Below, in pieces: positions 28,504-36,949 of a stretch of 64,000 bases of DNA. Within the stretch, counting starts at the first letter, position 1. Each line of letters starts with the position of its first letter. The position numbers and the translations under genes are program-made. Source of the stretch: Eubacteriales bacterium (lineage in GTDB: Bacteria; Bacillota; Clostridia; Oscillospirales; CAG-272); NCBI GenBank assembly GCA_045654585.1, contig JAZONS010000053.1:19950-83949 (forward strand). The letters are read 5' to 3'. Below the pieces are notes generated by a model. That model made no database searches. It was not told the origin of the DNA and saw only the letters and a list, made by a program, of their open reading frames with translations.

Positions 28504-29922
28504 ATGACCACGTTAAGCTGCGATTATCAGGCGAACATTGCGCTCGCGGAAGAGGCGCTTATGTACGGAAAAAGCTTTGACGTTCTGAAAAAAAGACTCT
28601 GCGTCGCAAAAAAAGAGATAACCTTCTTCTATATCGACGGATTTGTTAAGGACGGTGAGCTTCAGCGAGTTATGCAATTTCTCCTGAACCAAAAAGAGCT
28701 CGGCGATGCAAGGGAAACCGAAATGATAATTCCCTACGTAGAGGTCGCGCGCACAGGAGATCTCGAGGCTATAACAACAGCAGTCCTTGCGGGGCAGACC
28801 GTATTTTTCTCCGAAACCTTTGGTACGGAAGCGATACTTCTCGACCTTAGAACCTACCCCGTGCGAAGTATTGCAGAGCCCGAAAGCGACAGAGTGATGC
28901 AAGGGGCGCGCGACGGATTTGTTGAAACGCTTATAATGAACACGGCACTTTTGCGCCGCAGAATACGCGACCCAAGACTCACTATGCGGCATTTTGATAT
29001 AGGCGGCTCGTCGCACACGGACGTCGTTGTTTGCTATATGAACGGAGTTGCCAAGCCCGACTACGTTGACGCCGTCTGCGAAAAGATACAAAACGCAAAG
29101 CCGAAAACTCTCACGCTTGGCACTCAAAGCCTTGCCGAGTCACTTATCAGACGAAGATGGTTCAACCCTTTTCCGAAGGTGAGGACTACCGAGCGCCCCG
29201 ATACCGCTGCGGCGCAGGTGCTTGAAGGTAACGTGCTTGTATTTTGTGACACTTCCCCCGAGGTAATGATACTTCCAACCTCGATTTTTGACTTCACGGA
29301 GGAGGCTGACGACTATGCCTTTCCGCCCCTCACGGGCTCATACCTGAGGATTGTCAGAATTATTATTCTGCTCCTCTCCGTGATCGTTACCCCTCTTTGG
29401 TATCTTGCGCTCGAATACGCAGAAACACTTCCGCAAAGGCTCGCGTTTCTCGTTCCCGACGAGCCGGGAGCTCTTCCGATAATACTTCAGCTTTTTATGG
29501 CGGAGCTTGCGCTCGACGGACTTAAGCTCGCCTCGATGAACACCCCAGACATGCTCTCAAATTCCCTCTCCGTCGTCGGCGCATTGATACTTGGAGATTT
29601 TGCCGTCAGCATCGGGTGGTTTTCAGAGGACGTTATCTTCTATATGGCGTGCGTCGCTATCGCCAATTTCGCGCAACAAAGTCAAGAGCTCGGGTATGCT
29701 TTCAAGTTTATACGTATGATTATTCTAACTTTAGTTTACTTTTTGGATATTTACGGATTTATTATCGGATTGGTTTTGTTCTGCGTTTTTGCCGCAACAA
29801 ACACCACCGTTGCAGGAATCAGGCATTATCTTTATCCCCTTCTCCCATTTGATGCACACGCTATGGCAAGGCATCTTTTCAGATTTAAAAAGAACGATTT
29901 TAAAAAACAAAAAAACAAATAA
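28504..29922 (+). CDS. GerA-family spore germination protein (A-subunit / SpoVAF-like), orphan
   Basis: Family block EPESDRVMQGARDGFVETLIMNTALLRRRIRDPRL followed by about 5 C-terminal TM helices. Confidence 0.85.
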   Translation: MTTLSCDYQANIALAEEALMYGKSFDVLKKRLCVAKKEITFFYIDGFVKDGELQRVMQFLLNQKELGDARETEMIIPYVEVARTGDLEAITTAVLAGQTVFFSETFGTEAILLDLRTYPVRSIAEPESDRVMQGARDGFVETLIMNTALLRRRIRDPRLTMRHFDIGGSSHTDVVVCYMNGVAKPDYVDAVCEKIQNAKPKTLTLGTQSLAESLIRRRWFNPFPKVRTTERPDTAAAQVLEGNVLVFCDTSPEVMILPTSIFDFTEEADDYAFPPLTGSYLRIVRIIILLLSVIVTPLWYLALEYAETLPQRLAFLVPDEPGALPIILQLFMAELALDGLKLASMNTPDMLSNSLSVVGALILGDFAVSIGWFSEDVIFYMACVAIANFAQQSQELGYAFKFIRMIILTLVYFLDIYGFIIGLVLFCVFAATNTTVAGIRHYLYPLLPFDAHAMARHLFRFKKNDFKKQKNK

Positions 29923-29958
29923 CCAAAAACCTCTCTCTAAATTTGTACTAAATGTCAA

Positions 29959-29987
29959 TTGAAAAAACCCGTGTAAAACTTTATAAT
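29959..29987 (+). promoter_or_regulatory. Sigma-A type promoter
   Basis: TTGAAA, 17 nt, TATAAT, about 30 nt upstream of the ATG at 30020. Confidence 0.6.
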
Positions 29988-30019
29988 ATATGTAGGAGAA
30001 CTATCTGACGGAGGTTTTT

Positions 30020-30922
30020 ATGAGAAAAACACGAATTACAAAACTATTATCGTTAACACTTGTGCTTTCGCTAATATTCGGACTCTTTTCCTTTACCGCT
30101 TCGGCATCTCTCACGGATAATGCAACCGCGTTTTCCGAGGCTGTTGAGGCTATGAGGAACGCCAACTCACTCGAGGCAAGAGAGACCAAGCTTGCCGAGG
30201 CAACAGATGCTCTCACCGCTTATATCACAGCGGGAGGTACCGAAGCGGATGCCGAAATAGCTGCCGCATACGCAACCTACCTTGAAGAGAAAACCGATAT
30301 CGAAACAAAGGTTGGATACTGTCTTGACTTTATCGATTTCGTTAGCGCTGCCACAAACGTGGATAACACCTATCCCGTAAAGAAGGAAAACCTGGAGAAA
30401 GCCGAAGCACTCCTTGATAAAATTGATACAGAGTACAAAACCGTCGCTTATTACGTGACCTATTACAACAACACCACAGCCGATCTTTACGAGCCTGTTC
30501 TTGTTTGCGAAACGTTCATAAAATACGCGAAGCTTGCAGCAGAAGCAACCACCTATGAGGAGGCAAGTAGCAATCTCAAAACCGCAGAGGTGGCAAAGCA
30601 GCAGATAGTCATTCCCGACTACCCCGGACTTGAGGAGGCTGAGGCAAACCTTGATATCGCCAGGGCGACAATGAGTATGGCAATCCTTAAGGCGACCCCG
30701 TTCATCCAGGCTGTAAGAAACATCAACAAGGCCGAGTCTATTCCGATCGGAGTTAAGGCAGCATACGCCGCGCTCGAGGGCATCGACGAAACCGCCGAGG
30801 GTGTTTCCACCGCTCTTAACAACCTCAAGAAGGCCGAAAGAGATTATAATAAATCGGCAGAAGAAGGAAACGAAGCTCTTAACGAGCTCGCAGCTCTCGC
30901 GTTCGGTCTTGTTTTCGGTTGA
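30020..30922 (+). CDS. Secreted alpha-helical protein of unknown function
   Basis: Signal peptide MRKTRITKLLSLTLVLSLIFGLFSFTASA, an Ala/Glu/Thr-rich helical body, and a short hydrophobic C-terminus LAALAFGLVFG. GGAGG RBS. Confidence 0.6.
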   Translation: MRKTRITKLLSLTLVLSLIFGLFSFTASASLTDNATAFSEAVEAMRNANSLEARETKLAEATDALTAYITAGGTEADAEIAAAYATYLEEKTDIETKVGYCLDFIDFVSAATNVDNTYPVKKENLEKAEALLDKIDTEYKTVAYYVTYYNNTTADLYEPVLVCETFIKYAKLAAEATTYEEASSNLKTAEVAKQQIVIPDYPGLEEAEANLDIARATMSMAILKATPFIQAVRNINKAESIPIGVKAAYAALEGIDETAEGVSTALNNLKKAERDYNKSAEEGNEALNELAALAFGLVFG

Positions 30923-31042
30923 TTCCATCCGCAATCCGTTTATCGGACCCGCAATTCATAAAAACGCGCTGTGTACCCACGGGCACCGAAGCTTTAACGC
31001 GTAAAGCTTAAGCTACCGATCCCATAAGCGCATATCACCCCA

Positions 31043-31090
31043 AAAGGGCCGCCGCATCCCACCGTGGCAGCCCTTTATTTTTATTTTTAT
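31043..31090 (+). terminator. Intrinsic terminator
   Basis: aaagggccgcc / ggcagcccttt stem (one mismatch) followed by TTTATTTTTATTTTTA. Confidence 0.7.
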
Positions 31091-31131
31091 CCTCAAGCGC
31101 ATCTTATGTTAATTTAAAAATCCTTTTTCTA

Positions 31132-31160
31132 TTGACTTTTTACGCTCTTTCAAGTAAAAT
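31132..31160 (+). promoter_or_regulatory. Sigma-A type promoter
   Basis: TTGACT, 17 nt, TAAAAT. Confidence 0.55.
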
Positions 31161-31232
31161 GTAATTAACCTTGCTGCCGTCTGTGACGATAACAAGACCG
31201 CGCGCCAAGGAAATAAAAATGTGGAGAAGACT

Positions 31233-32699
31233 ATGAATTTTTCCGATATGACGTTCATCCGCAAGTTTTCGATGAACCTTTACAAAAATCTTAACATTCC
31301 GATGTCTAAAATGACATTCACATCCGATTTCACAAACATTGTCAGAGGAAATCCATATCCGCTCATCTCTGCAGATGAGGGTGTCACAGAGCACGCATCC
31401 GCGGCAGGCTATACAGTTTCGGGCGGAAAGGCAGAGCGTCTTATGGCAGAATTCTTCCCGTACGCATCATATAAAATGAAAATATCATCCCTCAGCGGCT
31501 GCGCAGGCTTCGCTTTCGTTGGTCCCGAGGCAAGATGCGAGGTGCTCGTTGAGCGCGACGAGTGGGAAAGCTCGGTACTCGTCAAGCACAATGACGGCGA
31601 GGAAAAGTTCCCTCTTCACCGCGAAATCTGCGAGGGCTTTGCTATCATCGTCACGGCGCGCCCCGGCTTCTTCGACGTTTATCTCTCAAGCGATGACCAG
31701 ATAGAATTTCTCGCGACGGCAAAAGTCCCCTCTTTCGCAAAATCAAATAAGTTAGCTTTCTATCAAAAAACCAAGGCTCATACGTATATTTCGGGAAACG
31801 CCTCGATCAGCGGCGCCGAGTCATACATCGACTGCGGAATAAGCCAGGCGGATATCCGTCCCTTCAGATATGAGAACGGCGAGCTCATTATGGAAAACGG
31901 ACGAGTTTTCCTCGCTATCAGCTCAAGAATGGCGTCAGGCGGACATCACACAGTCCTCTCCTGGCTCCCCGGAACGGCAGACTTTAAAATGGAAGGCGCT
32001 ATATTCTACGCAAATCCCAACGATGAGTTCATCCGCGGTGAGGTTGCGGGCTCTTACGTGTTCAACCGTATGGACGGCAAGTGGCACTTGTGGATAAGAA
32101 ATGGCTCGGCAGGTCATATCCTGGCGTACGCTTGCTTTGATTTCGATATCCGCTTCGGTGTAAATATACTCGACGTCGAGCCACTCCCCACGATGACTCC
32201 CGAGAACCTTGACGACAAGCTTCTTCTCGGTAAGAAAGCGGACGAGGACCCCGATTTCACATATGACGCAGAACGCAAGAAATGGCTCTTCGCTCTATGC
32301 CGAGTTGACGAAGAGACTCACAAGTACAGATACTTCTTCTTCGAGTCGGACAGACCCGACAAGGATTATAAGTTCGTCGGTCTCGGCCCCGCCGGTGAGG
32401 AAACGGGCGGCTCTATCGTAAGACTCGACGGTAAGATTTTCTTCGTTTGCGGAAACAGCTTCAGCGCAACCTCCGACTACCGCGTTTACGAGTGGGGTAA
32501 ATTTGACACGTTCACCAACCTCAAGTGCGATTATCCCGACGGCGGCTTCCGCGGCTGGGGCACCGTAATGCCTATCCGCTACGGCTCGAGAATGCGTTAC
32601 TTCTGGCTCACCTTCGATCGCAAGCTTATGAGCAAGTCATTCAACTGGAGCTACGGTAACCTATATTGCTTCGAGGCAGAGGGCATCTTCCGCATCTGA
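31233..32699 (+). CDS. Cytoplasmic hypothetical protein (~488 aa), beta-rich, possibly a beta-propeller glycoside-hydrolase-like enzyme
   Basis: No signal peptide. Repeated beta-strand-like blocks with conserved acidic residues (ADIRPFRYENGELIMENGRVFL, GGSIVRLDGKIFFVCG, GWGTVMPIRYGSRMRYFWLTFDR). ATG at 31233 with GGAG 6 nt upstream. The function call is weak. Confidence 0.5.
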   Translation: MNFSDMTFIRKFSMNLYKNLNIPMSKMTFTSDFTNIVRGNPYPLISADEGVTEHASAAGYTVSGGKAERLMAEFFPYASYKMKISSLSGCAGFAFVGPEARCEVLVERDEWESSVLVKHNDGEEKFPLHREICEGFAIIVTARPGFFDVYLSSDDQIEFLATAKVPSFAKSNKLAFYQKTKAHTYISGNASISGAESYIDCGISQADIRPFRYENGELIMENGRVFLAISSRMASGGHHTVLSWLPGTADFKMEGAIFYANPNDEFIRGEVAGSYVFNRMDGKWHLWIRNGSAGHILAYACFDFDIRFGVNILDVEPLPTMTPENLDDKLLLGKKADEDPDFTYDAERKKWLFALCRVDEETHKYRYFFFESDRPDKDYKFVGLGPAGEETGGSIVRLDGKIFFVCGNSFSATSDYRVYEWGKFDTFTNLKCDYPDGGFRGWGTVMPIRYGSRMRYFWLTFDRKLMSKSFNWSYGNLYCFEAEGIFRI

Positions 32700-32739
32700 T
32701 CATTAAAAGTGAAAATATAAAACGCTACACATAAAAAGC

Positions 32740-32797
32740 AAAATCAGCACGGAGCTTCCCGATTTCAAGAGCTCCGTGCTGATTTTATTTGTTTTTT
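32740..32797. terminator. Bidirectional intrinsic terminator between convergent genes
   Basis: 17-bp perfect stem aaaatcagcacggagct / agctccgtgctgatttt, with T-tracts on both strands. Confidence 0.9.
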
Positions 32798-32818
32798 CCG
32801 CTTTTGACGGATAATAAA

Positions 32819-33883
32819 TTACAGATTTACCTTATTCTGAATCTCGTAGAGGGTCTTCATTGCGTTGCGTCTTTCGATGCACTCAGCCTTCATTTCGTCA
32901 ATTCTTTCCGCCGTGAACTCGTCAAGATCGCCGGGAGCAAGCTTGCCCTTATACATTCTGTCAAGCTTAAGAGCGTGAGTGATATCACCGTCAACTATCT
33001 TGCCGTCTCTCTCGCAGATAACGATATTTGACTTGCCCGCGAGAAGCATATCTACGGCATACGATCCCATAAGCGTTGCAAGGAGTCTATCCCTAAGAGT
33101 GGGGTTGCCGCCTCTTACGATATGCGCAAATCTTGCAAACTTAGTTTCAACACCCGTTTTGGTCTGGATCTTGCTCGCAAGAGCGGGAGCGTAGTCTGCA
33201 CCGAGACCTTCCGAAATAAGAACGATAAAGTTACGCTTTCCGAGTTTTCTCGAGGTCGCTATCTTCTCGAAGAGCTGCTCCTCGTCAAATTCGAACTCGG
33301 GAATAGCAACAGCGGTTGCGCCCGAAGCGATAGCAGTGTTAAGAGCGATATCGCCGGCGTCGCGTCCCATAACCTCAACAACGTTGCATCTCGCGTGAGA
33401 TTCGCAGGTATCGCGAAGCTTATCAACAAGCTCGATAACAGTATTCATAGCCGTATCGTATCCGATAGTGTTATCGGTGGAGGATACGTCGTTATCAATA
33501 GTTCCGGGGATACCGACGCAGGGTACGCCTCTGAGCGTAAGCTCGGTCGCTCCTCTGAAGGTTCCGTCGCCTCCGATAACAACAAGACCGTCAATGCCAA
33601 GCTCGCGGCAGGTAGCAATTGCCTTCTGCTTTCCCTCTTCGGTAAGCATCTCCGGGCATCTGTCCGTATAAAGCATCGTACCGCCCTTGTTGATGATATT
33701 TGAAACGTCTCTTATCGCAAGAGGTTTTATCTCTTTATCAATAAGTCCCGAATATCCGCGCATAATACCTACGACCTCAACGCCGTTTGCAATTGCGCTT
33801 CTTACTACCGCTCTGATAGCGGCATTCATACCCGGAGCGTCACCGCCCGAGGTAAGTACACCTATTTTTTTTATTTTGCTCAT
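32819..33883 (-). CDS. pfkA: ATP-dependent 6-phosphofructokinase
   Basis: IGVLTSGGDAPGMNAAIRAVVR, VVIGGDGTFRGA, PGTIDND and MGRDAGDIAL motifs. Carries a ~35-aa C-terminal extension relative to the ~320-aa E. coli/Bacillus enzymes. Confidence 0.95.
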   Translation of the reverse strand: MSKIKKIGVLTSGGDAPGMNAAIRAVVRSAIANGVEVVGIMRGYSGLIDKEIKPLAIRDVSNIINKGGTMLYTDRCPEMLTEEGKQKAIATCRELGIDGLVVIGGDGTFRGATELTLRGVPCVGIPGTIDNDVSSTDNTIGYDTAMNTVIELVDKLRDTCESHARCNVVEVMGRDAGDIALNTAIASGATAVAIPEFEFDEEQLFEKIATSRKLGKRNFIVLISEGLGADYAPALASKIQTKTGVETKFARFAHIVRGGNPTLRDRLLATLMGSYAVDMLLAGKSNIVICERDGKIVDGDITHALKLDRMYKGKLAPGDLDEFTAERIDEMKAECIERRNAMKTLYEIQNKVNL

Positions 33884-34057
33884 TATTTTTTCATCCTTGT
33901 GGGAATATTATTTTTCAATTAATTATTATACACCATTTTTTTGTTTTTTTCAATCCTATTTCGTAATTTTCTATATATTTTATCTTTCAGTTTTAGATAA
34001 TTTTACCCATTCTTTAAAAAACCTCGCACTCGCGCAAGAAAAATTATCATATACCGA

Positions 34058-34086
34058 TTGACAAAAAAACAATTTAGTGATATAAT
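34058..34086 (+). promoter_or_regulatory. Consensus sigma-A promoter
   Basis: TTGACA, 17 nt, TATAAT, with TGa immediately upstream (extended -10). Confidence 0.7.
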
Positions 34087-34139
34087 TTTCCTACATATCA
34101 TTTTGGAAAACTCAACTTTTTTTAACAAGGAGGTTTTAT

Positions 34140-34574
34140 ATGGATATTGCAATAATCGCAGATGACAATAAAAAAGAGTTAATGATACAGTTCTGTACAG
34201 CTTATTGCGGAATTCTCAGCCGTCATCATTTGTGTGCAACGCATACTACGGGTAAGTTCATCTCCGAGGCTACGGGACTTGAAATAGAAACCTTCCTTAT
34301 GGGAAGCTCCGGCGGTATGGAGCAGATAGCATCAAGGATATCGTATAATGAGATAGATATGGTTTTCTATTTCCGCAGCACAGACCCGGCGAAGGAAATT
34401 CACGATTACGAAAGCACCCTGCTTCGTCTTTGCGACGTTCATAACGTTCCTCTCGCAACGAATATTGCTACGGCGGAGGCTCTCGTTATCGCGCTCGACA
34501 ACGGAAGTCTTAACTGGCGCGAACTTATCAATCCCCGCAGTAATTACAATATGAAAAAAAGAGGACTTATTTAA
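34140..34574 (+). CDS. Methylglyoxal-synthase-like (MGS fold) protein with substituted catalytic residues
   Basis: Collinear with MgsA (IAIIADDNKKELM.., ATHTTG, GGMEQI, IHDYE, LRLCDVHNVPLATN). However, the GGDQQ Asp is Met and the AHD His is Asp. AAGGAGG RBS. Confidence 0.75.
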   Translation: MDIAIIADDNKKELMIQFCTAYCGILSRHHLCATHTTGKFISEATGLEIETFLMGSSGGMEQIASRISYNEIDMVFYFRSTDPAKEIHDYESTLLRLCDVHNVPLATNIATAEALVIALDNGSLNWRELINPRSNYNMKKRGLI

Positions 34575-34646
34575 GTTACTAAAACATAATCGGGCTGTTT
34601 CGTCTAATAGCAGAGATGAAGCAGCCTCGTTTTATATGGAGTCGCT

Positions 34647-35078
34647 ATGCTGAAAAAAATCAAGCTTAATATAGAATCTTATATAGATAACCTCGACGAG
34701 CACGGTCTTTCCGACGGCGAGCCCGAGATAAACCGCGCATCCCACCCCGGTACTATGAGAATATCAGACGGTGAGGTCGCTCTTACCTACAAGGAAAACA
34801 CCGAGGGTGACCCCGTTACCTGCTCGGTCACTGCAAAGGCGGGCACTGTTACGGTAAGGCGCAACGGAGCCGTTGTATCTACTATGGTCTTCGACGAGAG
34901 GGAGATATACAAGACGGTTTACTGCGTTCCGCCGTATAAATTCGATATGGAAATAAAGACGAAAAGAGTCAAAAACTCTCTTTCGGAATCGGGCGGCACA
35001 CTCGAGATTCTTTACGAGATGGACATCGGCGGCGCAAAAAAAGAAACAAGAATGAAAATTACGGTAAGCGAGGTATAA
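34647..35078 (+). CDS. DUF1934 (YwiB-like beta-barrel) family protein
   Basis: Size and pattern (..TVTVRRNGAVVSTMVFDE..YKFDMEIKTKRV..GGTLEILYEMDIGG..) resemble the DUF1934 family. Called from memory of the family only. Confidence 0.6.
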   Translation: MLKKIKLNIESYIDNLDEHGLSDGEPEINRASHPGTMRISDGEVALTYKENTEGDPVTCSVTAKAGTVTVRRNGAVVSTMVFDEREIYKTVYCVPPYKFDMEIKTKRVKNSLSESGGTLEILYEMDIGGAKKETRMKITVSEV

Positions 35079-35082
35079 AGCA

Positions 35083-36111
35083 ATGACCGCAACCGAGCTT
35101 AAGAACAAAATCAAATCAGGTCAGCTAAGCGGGGCTTACATTTTCTGCGGAGAAGAAGATTACCTCAAAAAGTATTATTTACAGGAAATTGTAAAGCTTA
35201 GTTGTCAGGAAGAAGCGTTCTCGCTTTTCAACAGAGTTGTTTTTGACGGAGCCGATATAGATATCGCAGAAATTGCAGAGTCGATAAAAGCACCGCCAAT
35301 GATGTCGGACTACAAGCTTATCGAATGGAAATATCCCGATATTGAGCATATGAGCGAGTCCGAGAAGAAGCTTATAGTCGAGCTTGCCGAGTCGCTTTCG
35401 GAATACCCTTACGTTATACTCATACTCTTCACCGACGCGGAGGGCTTTCTCCCCGGAACGGCAAAGCGCCCCTCGAAGAGCGCGACAAGATTTGGAAAAT
35501 CCTATAATATAGTTAATTTTGAGAAGTCTACCGACGCGCAGCTTATAGGCTGGCTCGGTCGCCATTTTGCGGCTGAGGGGATAAAAGCGGACCCCGACAC
35601 GCTTGCGGCGCTTATCTTCCGCGCAGGTCACTCGATGGAGGTACTCCACGGTGAGGTTCAGAAGCTCGCAGCTTATGCAAAAGCTAACACGCTTCCCGTC
35701 ATAACAAAGGCAGAGATAGACCTCGTCGCATCGCCGACGCTCGAATGCGACGCGTTTGCGCTCTCGACCGCAATTACAGATAAGCACAGAGAAAAGGCGT
35801 TCCTGGCGCTCAAGGATATGATAGGCAGACGAGTTGAGCCCGGCGCGACTCTCGCAACTCTCGCAAGAAGCTTCGGAGAGCTCGTTACCGTATCACTTCT
35901 GCTCGACGAGGGAATGGATGCCAGAGATATCGAAAAGCTTCTCGAATGGAATCAGTATAAAATAAAAATTTGTATTAATTCCGCAAAAAAATGGGGTACG
36001 GCAAAGCTTTCCGCCGCGACCTCGCGCCTTCGCGATCTTGATGCCGAATCTAAATCGGGCGGTGTTTCGGGTTACAAGGTAATCGAGATGTTTATTTGCG
36101 AATACATTTGA
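35083..36111 (+). CDS. holA: DNA polymerase III delta subunit
   Basis: N-terminus LKNKIKSGQLSGAYIFCGEEDYLK is typical of HolA. Length 342 aa, with a helical C-terminal domain. Confidence 0.8.
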   Translation: MTATELKNKIKSGQLSGAYIFCGEEDYLKKYYLQEIVKLSCQEEAFSLFNRVVFDGADIDIAEIAESIKAPPMMSDYKLIEWKYPDIEHMSESEKKLIVELAESLSEYPYVILILFTDAEGFLPGTAKRPSKSATRFGKSYNIVNFEKSTDAQLIGWLGRHFAAEGIKADPDTLAALIFRAGHSMEVLHGEVQKLAAYAKANTLPVITKAEIDLVASPTLECDAFALSTAITDKHREKAFLALKDMIGRRVEPGATLATLARSFGELVTVSLLLDEGMDARDIEKLLEWNQYKIKICINSAKKWGTAKLSAATSRLRDLDAESKSGGVSGYKVIEMFICEYI

Positions 36112-36127
36112 TAAAAGAAGATAAAAA

Positions 36128-36874
36128 ATGAAAAATAATATTCGTGAACAGATAAAGAAAAAACTCACGCAAAAATCAAAGATCATACTTATCGCAGCCG
36201 TCTGCGCTTTACTTATCGTTTCAATTGGCGTTACATCCGTCGTTGCTGTTCATAATAACAAGATAACCGACACGGTAGGTACGGGCGCAGGTAAATATTA
36301 TGGAAAATACGACATTACCGACCGCGATATAAAATACGTAAAAATAGCCGTTAAGGGTTACGGCAGCATCATCGTTCTTCTCGATGCGACGAACGCGCCC
36401 ATCACCGTTGAAAACTTTCTCAGTCTTGTAAATTCCGGTTTTTACGACGGGCTCACCTTCCACAGAGTAGACAATTTCATAATACAGGGCGGTTGCCCGA
36501 ACGGTGACGGAACAGGCGGCTCGGGTAAAAATATCATCGGCGAATTTTTATCCAACGGATGGTGGAACGGAATATCTCACGTCAGAGGCACGATCTCCAT
36601 GGCAAGATCTACTTATTCAAACAATTCGGCATCAAGCCAATTCTTTATCTGCAACGCGAGCGCTGAGGAGAGTCTGAATTACAAGTACGCCGCATTCGGC
36701 TTCGTTATAGCGGGAATGTCCGTCGTTGACGAAATAACCGCATCCTCTCTTCCCCACATTCCGGATAAGAAAATCGGCACGATCCCGAAAAAGAGACATC
36801 AGCCGAAGATAAAAAGCATCGTTGAAATAAGTGCCGAGGAGGCTTTAGCATACGCCGAAGCCGCAAACGGATGA
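36128..36874 (+). CDS. Membrane-anchored cyclophilin-type peptidyl-prolyl isomerase
   Basis: N-terminal TM helix, then cyclophilin motifs FHRVDNFIIQGGCPNGDGTGG and SMARS..NSASSQFFI. Confidence 0.9.
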   Translation: MKNNIREQIKKKLTQKSKIILIAAVCALLIVSIGVTSVVAVHNNKITDTVGTGAGKYYGKYDITDRDIKYVKIAVKGYGSIIVLLDATNAPITVENFLSLVNSGFYDGLTFHRVDNFIIQGGCPNGDGTGGSGKNIIGEFLSNGWWNGISHVRGTISMARSTYSNNSASSQFFICNASAEESLNYKYAAFGFVIAGMSVVDEITASSLPHIPDKKIGTIPKKRHQPKIKSIVEISAEEALAYAEAANG

Positions 36875-36949
36875 GGACAAATTATAATTTTATTGTCCGT
36901 TGCTTTATATTCGTTTAAAAAATCAATTCTACATAAAGAGGACAGATAT

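Noticed and set aside
30989-31009. Palindrome aagctttaacgcgtaaagctt containing HindIII and MluI sites, superficially polylinker-like
   Set aside because: The surrounding sequence is native-looking 3' UTR with matching composition. It is most simply an RNA hairpin, and I see no evidence of vector sequence.
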